Origin: Clostridia bacterium
GTDB lineage: Bacteria > Bacillota > Clostridia > Oscillospirales > Acutalibacteraceae
DNA: 32,860 nt
Reading direction: 5' to 3'
NCBI GenBank assembly: GCA_900759575.1
Contig: CAAEVU010000073.1
Span: 1 to 32,860 of the forward strand
The position numbers and the translations under genes were made by a program. Shown one piece after another: positions 24,515-32,860 of the stretch (position 1 is its first letter; each line of letters opens with the position of its first letter). Below the pieces are notes generated by a model that saw nothing but the letters and a program-made list of their open reading frames with translations, did not search any database and was not told the DNA's origin.

Positions 24515-24598
24515 AACGTCCCAGCTCCTGGTAAAAGGCGGCTGGGACGTTCTGTATTTTGGGTAGAAAAAAGGCTCCGGCAATCCCGGAGCCTTTTT
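24515..24598. terminator. Two hairpins between convergent pfkB and GT2 genes
   Basis: AACGTCCCAGC(24515-24525)/GCTGGGACGTT(24541-24551), and AAAAAGGCTCCGG(24568-24580)/CCGGAGCCTTTTT(24586-24598). Confidence 0.8.
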
Positions 24599-24614
24599 GA
24601 TGTCTTGTGGAAGT

Positions 24615-25577
24615 TCAGGATTTTTCCTGCTTGTTTTCCAAATAGGTCTCTACCCGGAAACGGGGACGGGCTTTCACTTCGCTGTAGATCTTCCCGATGT
24701 AGCCTCCCACTACGCCCAGGCACAGCATCTGCAAACCGCCCAAAAGCCAAATGGAACACACAATGGCTGTCCAGCCGGAAACGGTCACCCCGGCAAAGTA
24801 GGAAATCAAAGCGTACAGCAAACCGAAGATGCTGAGAACCGAAATCAGGATGCCCAGATTGGAAATCAGCTTCAAGGGTTTGACGCTGAAACTGGTGATG
24901 CCGTCCAGAGCAAAGGAGAGCATTTTCTTTAAGGGATATTTGCTCTCCCCGGCAAAGCGCTCGTGGCGGTCGTAGTATACGTAGTCGCTGCGGTAGCCGA
25001 TCAGGGGAACAATGCCCCGGAGGAACAAGTTGACTTCCTTGTATTCGGAAAGCCCTTCCAGCGCTCGCTTGCTCATCAGCCGGTAATCGGCATGGTTAAA
25101 GACCACGTCCACGCCCAGCAGTTTCATCACTTTGTAGAAGCCCTCAGCAGTGGTCCGCTTGAACCAGGTGTCCGTGTCGCGCTTGTTCCGCACACCGTAC
25201 ACCACATCGCAGCCGTCCTGGAATTTGGTCACAAATTGATCCAGAGCGTCAATGTCGTCCTGCAAGTCCGCGTCCATGCTGATGGCGGCGTCGCACTGGG
25301 GCATGGCAGTCATCAATCCGCAGAGCAGTGCGTTTTGGTGCCCGCGGTTGTGGGCCAGTTTGACCCCTTCTACCCAGGGGTTTTCACGGTTGTATTGGGC
25401 AATCAGTTCCCAGGTTTTGTCCTTGCTTCCATCGTCTACAAAGAGGATTCGGCTTTCTTTGCCGATCAGTTTCTTCCCAAGCATGGATTCCAGCTTTTCT
25501 GTAAGCCGGTGGCAGGTTTCGGGAAGGACCGCCTCTTCGTTGTAGCAGGGAATGACAAAATACACAGTGGGTTCCAT
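24615..25577 (-). CDS. GT2 polyprenyl-phosphate glycosyltransferase (GtrB/CsbB/YkoT-like)
   Basis: VIPCYNEE, FVDDGSKD, NRGHQNAL, MDADLQD, DVVYGVR, ADYRLMS, RFAGESKY, and two C-terminal TM helices. Confidence 0.92.
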   Translation of the reverse strand: MEPTVYFVIPCYNEEAVLPETCHRLTEKLESMLGKKLIGKESRILFVDDGSKDKTWELIAQYNRENPWVEGVKLAHNRGHQNALLCGLMTAMPQCDAAISMDADLQDDIDALDQFVTKFQDGCDVVYGVRNKRDTDTWFKRTTAEGFYKVMKLLGVDVVFNHADYRLMSKRALEGLSEYKEVNLFLRGIVPLIGYRSDYVYYDRHERFAGESKYPLKKMLSFALDGITSFSVKPLKLISNLGILISVLSIFGLLYALISYFAGVTVSGWTAIVCSIWLLGGLQMLCLGVVGGYIGKIYSEVKARPRFRVETYLENKQEKS

Positions 25578-25589
25578 AGTGTTTCTCCT

Positions 25590-28250
25590 TTATTCAGGAC
25601 TGTTTTGGGGGGAACTGTTTTGTGAGGACGGTTCCTCCGGAGGAGCTTCCTCCTTAGCGGGGGCAGGCTCTTGGGTGGAGGATTCCTCAGCGGAAGGAGG
25701 AGCCTCGCTGGACGGGGATTCTTCCTGGGAATCGGATTCCTCCGGAACTACCGCTTGGCGAGGAACGTGAGGAATCAGAGCCCCTGGCCGGCGGAAAGAA
25801 ACGTGGCGGGATTTGGTGTACTGGGAGAATTTTCCCACCCGCAGCAAGCTGATGGTTTTAACCGGAGCGGTCCGGGAGGGGACGCGGTTCATCAGCATCA
25901 GATAAGCCACCAGCACCGCCAGAGACACCAAGGTGATGATAAAGCCCAAGGTCAACCCGGGAGTGTGGTAGGTAAACTCGATCACCACGTCTTCGCCTTC
26001 CGGAACGGTGACCGCCATAAAGCCCACATTCACTTTTTCGATGGGCACGGTTTCGCCGTTGACGGTGGCGCTCCATCCGCTTTCATAGGGCACGCTGAAG
26101 AAGATGATCTGCTGCCGGTCGGAATCCAATTCGGCGGTGAAACCGGTGTTGGTGTACTGGAACGAGGAACAGGACCTTGCGGCCCGGTCTTGGCAATCCG
26201 TCAAATAATTTTCTTCGTTGAACGTGCGCATATCTTCCGGCAGGTGTTCCAAGATCCCATCATAGTATTGGGCACGGTCGTCCTCGATGACCACTGCCCG
26301 GAGCATGGCCAGTTCCCGGTCACCAATGGCGTTTTCGCTGCCTTCGCTCAGAGCGTCGTACTCGCTCCGGGTGATGTAATAGTCATAGGAAAAGCCCATG
26401 GGGATGTAGTAGAGATTTTCCCAAATGTCAAATCCGTTGGAGTTGCCGTAATAGGCAAAACCGGGCATGGCAGGATTGGAAGAATCCTCCCCAGCAAAGT
26501 ATTGGTCGTCGTGGTCGTCGTCAAACAGCCAGTGGACACTTAAAAGACCCCGAATGGCGTAGTGATCGGTGGTGGGCCGGGAGGCCACATCTCGAGGCAC
26601 GCCGATGGAATCGTAAAATTCCATAATGGAGCCGGGCACCACGCTGTGGAACGCCTGAATGGAGGGAATCTCCCAGAACATGGCGGCGTTGTCCAAGGAT
26701 TCGTAGAAATCGGAACGGCTTTCCTGCAGATCGGGGAGATCCACATTTTTTCCGCCGTTTAAGGAATAGGGGATCAGGTGGTCCCAAGTGTATTCCGATT
26801 GAGTCTTGCCCAGGGCAATGAAGAAAATAGAGTAAAATACCGAAATGATGGAAACCGCCACCAAGGTGGAGCGGAAAAAGACCTTTTTGTTTTTCCGGCA
26901 GAAGCAGAACAGGTATACCACGGCTCCCAGGGATACCAGGGAGATGGCCACATAGCTCCAAAAACGGGTAGGGTAATCTTCCAGACCAAAGGTGAAGGAC
27001 TTCACGCCATCCACCGTTTCCGAGGTGGGCATGAATCCAATGACCACGGCAATGGCCACAGTGATGACCGTTGTCCATTTGATAGAGCGTTTCCAGTTGA
27101 CCCGGTCGTTTTCCAGTGCCAGCACGGTGGCCATGGCCATCATCAAGGTCAGCATGTAGTACCACCGGGCATAGAAAGCGCTGTTCATCATCTGGAACGC
27201 GGAGTTGAGGAAGGGCACCAACGCCATCAGGAACAAGATCCAGATGAATTTTTTCAGCCAGTGTTTCCGGCGCATTTGCAGCCAGCCGATCACGCCGGTC
27301 ATGCCGAACAAGGGTAGCCAGGCGCCCAGCGACGACCATTTGGAGCTGGAATCCGGCGTGAAGTTGGGCCGGGCAGGCAGGTCCGGCGGGAAGAAGAAGC
27401 AGGTGAGAATGTGGAGATACCGCTGCACCTGATTGTAAAGTACTGCGTTCCACCCGTTGATGTATTCGGTGGTGCGGTAATTTTGCAGTACGGTCAGCAC
27501 CGAGGGTACCAGCAGTGTGCAGGCAAGCCCTACGCCCAGTACGGCTTCCAGAGCCAGCAGCAGGAAATCTTTCACGTTGATCCGCCAGCTTTTGCAGATG
27601 AGCCGCAGGAAAAAGTAGATCAAGGTGAAGGTGACTTGTCCTACAAAGAAGTAGTAGTTCACCACACAGCAAGCGAACACCGCCAAGGCGAAGATCCCAC
27701 GGCGGCGGGTGGCCATGTATTCATCCAGGGCTGCCAGCAGCAGGGGGAAGAACACAATGGCTTCGTGAAAATGGTTGAAGAAAATGTTGTAGACGGAAAA
27801 CCCGGAAAAAGCGTACAGCACGCCGGCAATCAATGCCGAATCCCGGTTTTTTGTGTAGCGGTGGATGTAGATGTATCCCGTCAGGGTGGCGCAGGCGAAT
27901 TTTAAAATCAGCAGCGGCCCCATGAGATATTGCAGCCATTCCGAGGGGAAGGGGATGGTCAGCCAGAAAAAGGGGCTTCCCAACAGGTAAAAGCTGTAAG
28001 AGCCGATAAAATTCACGCCCAGGTCGGTAAGGTGGTTCCAGCCCAGGTTTCCGGAACGCACAGCGTCGTGGGCCAGGCGGTAAAACGGTACCTGCTGGAC
28101 ATTGAAATCTCCGTAAAAGAGGAAGCGGCCGCCATCTACCACAATAAAGGGGATGAACACCAGGAAGGAGAGCCCTAAGCCCAGGAAAAAGGCTTTGAGG
28201 AAGTAGTTGTCCCGGAAGCTCTTCTTCTTCGTTTCATTGACAGATGCCAT
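25590..28250 (-). CDS. YfhO-family polytopic membrane glycosyltransferase (GT-C), 886 aa
   Basis: Start reassigned to ATG 28250 (CAGGAGGT upstream). GDFNVQQVPFY, YSFYLLGSPFFWL, YAFSGF, NYYFF, SVPYESGWSATVNG, VNVGFMAV. Many TM helices and an acidic low-complexity tail. Confidence 0.88.
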   Translation of the reverse strand: MASVNETKKKSFRDNYFLKAFFLGLGLSFLVFIPFIVVDGGRFLFYGDFNVQQVPFYRLAHDAVRSGNLGWNHLTDLGVNFIGSYSFYLLGSPFFWLTIPFPSEWLQYLMGPLLILKFACATLTGYIYIHRYTKNRDSALIAGVLYAFSGFSVYNIFFNHFHEAIVFFPLLLAALDEYMATRRRGIFALAVFACCVVNYYFFVGQVTFTLIYFFLRLICKSWRINVKDFLLLALEAVLGVGLACTLLVPSVLTVLQNYRTTEYINGWNAVLYNQVQRYLHILTCFFFPPDLPARPNFTPDSSSKWSSLGAWLPLFGMTGVIGWLQMRRKHWLKKFIWILFLMALVPFLNSAFQMMNSAFYARWYYMLTLMMAMATVLALENDRVNWKRSIKWTTVITVAIAVVIGFMPTSETVDGVKSFTFGLEDYPTRFWSYVAISLVSLGAVVYLFCFCRKNKKVFFRSTLVAVSIISVFYSIFFIALGKTQSEYTWDHLIPYSLNGGKNVDLPDLQESRSDFYESLDNAAMFWEIPSIQAFHSVVPGSIMEFYDSIGVPRDVASRPTTDHYAIRGLLSVHWLFDDDHDDQYFAGEDSSNPAMPGFAYYGNSNGFDIWENLYYIPMGFSYDYYITRSEYDALSEGSENAIGDRELAMLRAVVIEDDRAQYYDGILEHLPEDMRTFNEENYLTDCQDRAARSCSSFQYTNTGFTAELDSDRQQIIFFSVPYESGWSATVNGETVPIEKVNVGFMAVTVPEGEDVVIEFTYHTPGLTLGFIITLVSLAVLVAYLMLMNRVPSRTAPVKTISLLRVGKFSQYTKSRHVSFRRPGALIPHVPRQAVVPEESDSQEESPSSEAPPSAEESSTQEPAPAKEEAPPEEPSSQNSSPQNSPE

Positions 28251-28501
28251 AAGAGAGTGTACCTCCTGGAAAATGATAGGAAAGGGCGGTGCAAGCGCCC
28301 GCCCGAACAAGCCCGATGTCTTTGGGGACATTATAGCACAGATTCCCAGGGGGTAAAAGCTTTTTTTGGCGTTTTGAGCAATGGCTGGGGAAAGATGCCA
28401 GAAAAAGATTTCAATTTTGTAACAAAAAGCTTTTAAAATATTGTATAATGGAAAAGCGCCCCAAGGGGCGCAAAGAATGCTTTGAGAACGGGGGAAACGG
28501 A

Positions 28502-29149
28502 ATGTATCCATTTTTTGCCATGCTTTCCCGAATGAAATACATCAACCGCTGGGGGCTGATGCACAATACCCGCAGCGAGAATATTTGCGAGCACAGCTTG
28601 GAAGTGGCTTTGGTGGCCCATGCCCTGGCCACCATCGGCAACCGGAAATTCGGCAAGCAGTACGATGCCCAGCGGGCCGCCATGCTGGCAGTGCTGCACG
28701 ACGCCTCGGAGATCATCACCGGGGACATGCCCACGCCTGTGAAGTACCATTCGGAGGAGATCCGAAAAGCCTATGCAGAAGTGGAGGACATGGCGGTGGA
28801 ACATTTGGTTTCCATGCTGCCGGAAGATTTGCGGGACGAGTACCGGGGGATCATGACCATGAGCGGCCCAACGGACGAAGAGCTGAAACCCTTGGTCAAA
28901 GCTGCGGATCGGATCTCGGCAGTGATCAAGTGTATGGAAGAGCGTAAAAGCGGCAACCGGGATTTTTCCAAGGCGGAGCAGACCATCACTCAGGCCATTC
29001 AGGACATGAAGCTTCCGGAAGCGGATTATTTTATGAAAGAATTCCTGCCGTCCTACGGGCTGACCATTGAGGAGCAGGACTACACCCGGGAAGCGGGCTT
29101 AAAGTTTTCGGAATCGTCACAAATGGTGTTCTCAAAAGTATTAAAATAA
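28502..29149 (+). CDS. yfbR: HD-domain 5'-deoxynucleotidase (YfbR-like)
   Basis: FFAMLSRMKYINRWGLM, ENICEHSLEVA, LHDASEIITGDMPTPVKY, VKAADRISA. Start reassigned to ATG 28502. Confidence 0.9.
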   Translation: MYPFFAMLSRMKYINRWGLMHNTRSENICEHSLEVALVAHALATIGNRKFGKQYDAQRAAMLAVLHDASEIITGDMPTPVKYHSEEIRKAYAEVEDMAVEHLVSMLPEDLRDEYRGIMTMSGPTDEELKPLVKAADRISAVIKCMEERKSGNRDFSKAEQTITQAIQDMKLPEADYFMKEFLPSYGLTIEEQDYTREAGLKFSESSQMVFSKVLK

Positions 29150-29208
29150 ATGGGACGAACTGGGACTCCTCCCATTCTCGCCTCCATCATTTTGTAAAGG
29201 ATAGATCT

Positions 29209-30186
29209 ATGAATATCGGCAATCTACAAATCACCGGCCGGGCGGCTTTGGCTCCCATGGCCGGGGTCACCGACGCTGCCTACCGCAAGCTTTGCGCCAG
29301 TTTTGGCGCGGCTTATACGGTCACCGAAATGGTCAGCGCCAGGGCGATCCAATACAATTACCAGAAAACCGCCCAGTTGGCGGACACTTCCCAGGACGAG
29401 CACCCGGTGTTTCTCCAACTTTTTGGCAGCGACCCCTTTGATTTCGGCCTGGCTGCCAAAAAAGCGGAAGCCTTTCATCCCGATGGGATCGACATCAATA
29501 TGGGCTGCCCTGTGCCAAAAGTGGCTGGAAACGGCGCCGGCAGCGCTCTGATGAAGGACCCCAGCCGGTGTGGGGCCATTGTGGCGGCAGTGAAACGGAA
29601 TACGGACCTGCCTGTTACCGTAAAGATCCGGGCAGGTTGGGACGAAGAACACATCAACGCCGTGGAAGTGGCCAAGGCCTGCGAGGAAGCCGGCGCTGCC
29701 GCTGTGTGCGTCCACGGGCGCACCCGCAACCAGATGTATATGGGCCACGCGGATTGGGACGTGATCGCAGCCGTGAAACAGGCGGTGAGCATTCCCGTCA
29801 TTGGAAACGGCGATGTGGTAGACGCCCAGTCCGCGTGTAAGCTGCTGGACCATACCGGCTGCGATATGGTGATGGTGGGCCGGGGCGCCTTGGGCAATCC
29901 GTGGGTCTTCCGGCAGATCAACGCCTATTTGCGGGATTCCTGCACCATTTTGCCGGGACCTGGCATCGCCGAGCGGATCTTGGTCATCAAGCGCCATATG
30001 GACGCCCTGTGCCAATTAAAGGGCGAGGGACGTGCCATGCGGGAGGCCAGAAAACATGTGGGATGGTATCTCCACGGGATACGGGGAGCGGCAGAATTCC
30101 GCCGCCGTGCCGGGGAACTTTCCACCCTGGAAGATTTAGATCTGCTTTTGCGGGACGTGTATGTCGCGGCGCAGGAGGAAGAATAA
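29209..30186 (+). CDS. dusB: tRNA-dihydrouridine synthase B
   Basis: LAPMAGVTD, TEMVS, QLFGSDP, IDINMGCPVPKV, VKIRAGWD, VHGRTR, IGNGDV, VGRGALGNPW. Confidence 0.93.
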   Translation: MNIGNLQITGRAALAPMAGVTDAAYRKLCASFGAAYTVTEMVSARAIQYNYQKTAQLADTSQDEHPVFLQLFGSDPFDFGLAAKKAEAFHPDGIDINMGCPVPKVAGNGAGSALMKDPSRCGAIVAAVKRNTDLPVTVKIRAGWDEEHINAVEVAKACEEAGAAAVCVHGRTRNQMYMGHADWDVIAAVKQAVSIPVIGNGDVVDAQSACKLLDHTGCDMVMVGRGALGNPWVFRQINAYLRDSCTILPGPGIAERILVIKRHMDALCQLKGEGRAMREARKHVGWYLHGIRGAAEFRRRAGELSTLEDLDLLLRDVYVAAQEEE

Positions 30187-30223
30187 GCAGGACGGCTGAA
30201 TTATGGAAAAGGAGCGCCAACCT

Positions 30224-32794
30224 ATGAAACTCTTAGTATTGGACGGAAACAGCATTTTGAACCGGGCATTTTACGGGATCAAGCTGCTCACCACCAAATC
30301 TGGGGAATATACCAACGGCATTTACGGGTTTCTCACCATGCTGAAAAAGCTTTTGGACGAAACAGGACCGGACGGGGTGGCCATTGCGTTTGACCGGAAG
30401 GCCCCCACCTTCCGGCATAAGGCATATGCGGGCTATAAAGCCAACCGGAAAGGCATGCCCCAGGAGCTTGCCCAGCAGCTGCCTGTGTTGCAGGGTCTGC
30501 TCACCGATTTGGGGTATCAGATCGTTTCCTGTGAAGGCTGGGAAGCGGACGACATTCTGGGCACCCTGGCTGCCGCTTGCGAGAAAGACGGCTCTGCCTG
30601 CCTGATCGCCACCGGCGACCGGGACAGTTTGCAGCTGGTTTCCTCCCAGACCACCGTGCGCTTGGCCACCACCAAGTTTGGCCAGCCTCAGGTCACCGTG
30701 TATGACGAGGACAAGCTGCGGGAGGAATACGGGGTTACTCCCCATCAGATGATCGACTTGAAAGCCATCCAAGGGGATTCCTCCGACTGTATCCCCGGCG
30801 TGGCGGGAATCGGCCCCAAGGGCGCGGGAGAATTGATCCAGAAATTCGGCAGCGTCCAGTATATTTACGACCACCTGGACGAGCTGGAGATCAAGCCCGC
30901 CATGAAGGCTAAACTGGAAAAATCCAAGGACAATGCCTTTTTGAGCTATGATCTGGGCACCATCCGCCGGGACGCCCCCATCGATACGGAGCTTTCCCAC
31001 TATGTGAAAGGGGCGGGAGACCCCCAAAAAGCGGCGGAGACCATGGTGAAGCTGGAACTTTTCTCGCTGCTGGAAAAGTTTGGGCTTTCCGGCAGCCAGT
31101 CCACCCAGGAAAAGGCTGCCGCGGGAGAGCGTCCTCCTGTGCGGGAGTATGAGGACGGCGCCCCCTTGCTGCCCCAGTTGGAGGACAAAGGGGAAGCCTA
31201 TTTCTACGCCCAGTGGGAGAAGGGGGAGCTTGTGAGCCTGGTCTTTTCCCATGGTGGGGAACTCCACCGGGTAAAGCCCGACGACGCGTTTCTCCGGGCG
31301 TTTTTCAAAAATGACCGGATCAAAAAATATACCCACGACGGGAAGCTTTTGCAGCGGAAGGCCCTTTCCTTGGGCTGCAAAATGGAAAATGTGCAGATGG
31401 ACACGGCCCTGGCCGGGTATCTGCTGAATCCCTCCGCTTCCGGGTACGGGGTGGATCGGCTGGCGGCGGAATACGGCGTGGCTTTGCCGGATTTTGAAGA
31501 ACCGGAATTGAACGCCGGGGCGGCAATGCCCGGGCTGTCGGAAGCTTTGGCCAAGGCCATTGGGGAAAACGGCCAGCAGGAGCTGCTTTCCAACATCGAG
31601 ATCCCCCTCTCCTTTGTGCTGGCCCAGATGGAGCACATCGGGTTTTACGTGGATAAGGACAGCATCCGGGCCTATGGGGAAGAGTTGGAGACCCAGGTCC
31701 AGGCCCTGCACGATTCCATCATCGAGCAGGTGGGGTACGAATTCAACATCAATTCCCCCAAGCAGTTGGGAGAAGCGCTGTTTGACAAGCTGGGCCTGCC
31801 CCACGGGAAAAAGACAAAAAGCGGTTGGTCCACCAACGCGGACGTGCTGGAAGAAGTGCGTTACCTGCATCCTGTGGTGGACGAAGTGCTTCGCTATCGG
31901 ACGGTGGCCAAACTGAAATCCACCTATTGCGACGGACTGCTGAAAGTGGTGGGGCCGGATGGACGGATTCATTCCAGCTTCAACCAGACGGAGACCCGCA
32001 CCGGGCGGATCTCCAGCACGGAGCCCAATTTGCAAAATATCCCGGTGCGCACGGCCATTGGCCGGGAGCTGCGGAAATTTTTCGCAGGGGCGGACGGCAA
32101 CCTGCTGGTGGACGCGGACTATTCCCAGATCGAACTGCGGGTGCTGGCGCATGTGGCGGATGACAAGGCCATGCAGGAGGATTTCCGGGAGGGCCGGGAT
32201 ATCCACTCGTCCACAGCTGCCAGAGTGTTCAACATGCCCCAGGAGATGGTCACCAGCGAAATGCGTTCCAAAGCCAAGGCGGTGAATTTCGGCATCGTGT
32301 ATGGCATTGGGGCTTTTTCCCTGTCAAAAGATATTGGCGTTTCCCGGAAGGAAGCGGACGAGTATATCAAAGAGTACCTGCGGAACTATTCCGGTGTGGA
32401 CGCCTATATGAAGCGCGTGGTGGAAGAGGCCAAGGAAAAAGGCTATGTGGAGACTCTATTCGGCCGCCGGCGGTATTTGCCGGAGCTGAAAAGCGGCAAT
32501 TTCAATATGCGTGCGTTCGGGGAACGGGTGGCCCGGAATATGCCCATCCAGGGCACGGCGGCGGACATTATCAAGATCGCCATGATCCGGGTCAGCGACC
32601 GGTTGGAACGGGAAGGCCTGAAAGCAAAATTGATCCTTCAGGTCCACGACGAACTGATCGTGGAGTGTCCCCCGGAAGAACGGGATCAGGTCAAGGAGAT
32701 CCTTACCCAGGAGATGGAAGGGGCCGTCAATCTGTCGGTTCCCATGGTGGCGGAAGCGGGCTCCGGCCACACTTGGTACGACGCGAAGGGCTGA
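30224..32794 (+). CDS. polA: DNA polymerase I (5'-3' exonuclease plus polymerase; degenerate 3'-5' exonuclease domain)
   Basis: LDGNSILNRAFY, EADDILGT, GDSSDCIPGV, TGRISSTEPNLQNIP, ADYSQIELR, AKAVNFGIVYG, LQVHDEL. ATG 30224 follows AAGGAG. Confidence 0.97.
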   Translation: MKLLVLDGNSILNRAFYGIKLLTTKSGEYTNGIYGFLTMLKKLLDETGPDGVAIAFDRKAPTFRHKAYAGYKANRKGMPQELAQQLPVLQGLLTDLGYQIVSCEGWEADDILGTLAAACEKDGSACLIATGDRDSLQLVSSQTTVRLATTKFGQPQVTVYDEDKLREEYGVTPHQMIDLKAIQGDSSDCIPGVAGIGPKGAGELIQKFGSVQYIYDHLDELEIKPAMKAKLEKSKDNAFLSYDLGTIRRDAPIDTELSHYVKGAGDPQKAAETMVKLELFSLLEKFGLSGSQSTQEKAAAGERPPVREYEDGAPLLPQLEDKGEAYFYAQWEKGELVSLVFSHGGELHRVKPDDAFLRAFFKNDRIKKYTHDGKLLQRKALSLGCKMENVQMDTALAGYLLNPSASGYGVDRLAAEYGVALPDFEEPELNAGAAMPGLSEALAKAIGENGQQELLSNIEIPLSFVLAQMEHIGFYVDKDSIRAYGEELETQVQALHDSIIEQVGYEFNINSPKQLGEALFDKLGLPHGKKTKSGWSTNADVLEEVRYLHPVVDEVLRYRTVAKLKSTYCDGLLKVVGPDGRIHSSFNQTETRTGRISSTEPNLQNIPVRTAIGRELRKFFAGADGNLLVDADYSQIELRVLAHVADDKAMQEDFREGRDIHSSTAARVFNMPQEMVTSEMRSKAKAVNFGIVYGIGAFSLSKDIGVSRKEADEYIKEYLRNYSGVDAYMKRVVEEAKEKGYVETLFGRRRYLPELKSGNFNMRAFGERVARNMPIQGTAADIIKIAMIRVSDRLEREGLKAKLILQVHDELIVECPPEERDQVKEILTQEMEGAVNLSVPMVAEAGSGHTWYDAKG

Positions 32795-32797
32795 GCC

Positions 32798-32860
32798 ATG
32801 AAAGAGTGGATTTTTCGCTGCCCTCTCTGCGGTGGAAAGCTTTCCCCCAGGGAGCATCAG
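32798..32860 (+). CDS. 5' fragment of a probable RlmA-like rRNA methyltransferase (zinc-finger N-terminus)
   Basis: ATG 3 nt after the polA stop, reading MKEWIFRCPLCGGKLSPREHQ. The FxCPxC start is typical of RlmA-family proteins, but only 21 codons are visible. Confidence 0.45.
   Translation, partial: MKEWIFRCPLCGGKLSPREHQ

Noticed and set aside
28251..28511. Extensions of yfhO (to 28511) and yfbR (from 28448) that would overlap head-to-head
   Set aside because: This is a divergent promoter region, and homology starts at 28250 (-) and 28502 (+).
31100..31560. Short, degenerate 3'-5' exonuclease region of PolA
   Set aside because: Loss of proofreading motifs is common in firmicute Pol I; there is no frameshift or intein.
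1486..32206. Many long antisense ORFs (e.g. 5023-6624+, 7860-9476+, 9948-11489+, 11876-14293-, 17043-18365+, 30233-32206-)
   Set aside because: They mirror well-supported genes, have no recognisable motifs, and are expected from GC-rich codon bias that depletes stops in the antisense frame.

Overview
A 32.9-kb chromosomal segment of moderately high GC from a spore-forming clostridial firmicute. An Oscillospiraceae/Acutalibacteraceae-like origin is inferred from gene content and codon style. Left to right it holds: a divergent AraC regulator and GH4 alpha-galactosidase (melA); a minus-strand cluster pepF-oppA-oppB-oppC-oppD-oppF plus a small membrane ORF; an AT-rich spacer; a domain-permuted GH3 beta-glucosidase with an alpha/beta esterase; spoVAC-spoVAD behind a sigmaG-type promoter; a phosphohexomutase; an HPr-like ORF with pyrE; a CtpE-like P-type ATPase; a cytoplasmic ricin-B lectin with a histone-H1-like tail; a PfkB kinase; a yfhO/csbB-type glycosylation pair; and yfbR-dusB-polA followed by the start of an rlmA-like gene. 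I found no transposase, integrase, CRISPR array, tRNA or rRNA. The most unusual items are: (1) an OppC permease with a complete 7-bladed RCC1/BLIP-II-like propeller inserted in its extracytoplasmic loop; (2) a 34-bp loxP/dif-like 13-8-13 site in the AT-rich spacer; (3) the lectin/histone-like-tail protein behind a perfect sigmaA promoter, with a near-perfect CodY box upstream. All calls are by-eye motif recognition; no database searches were run.
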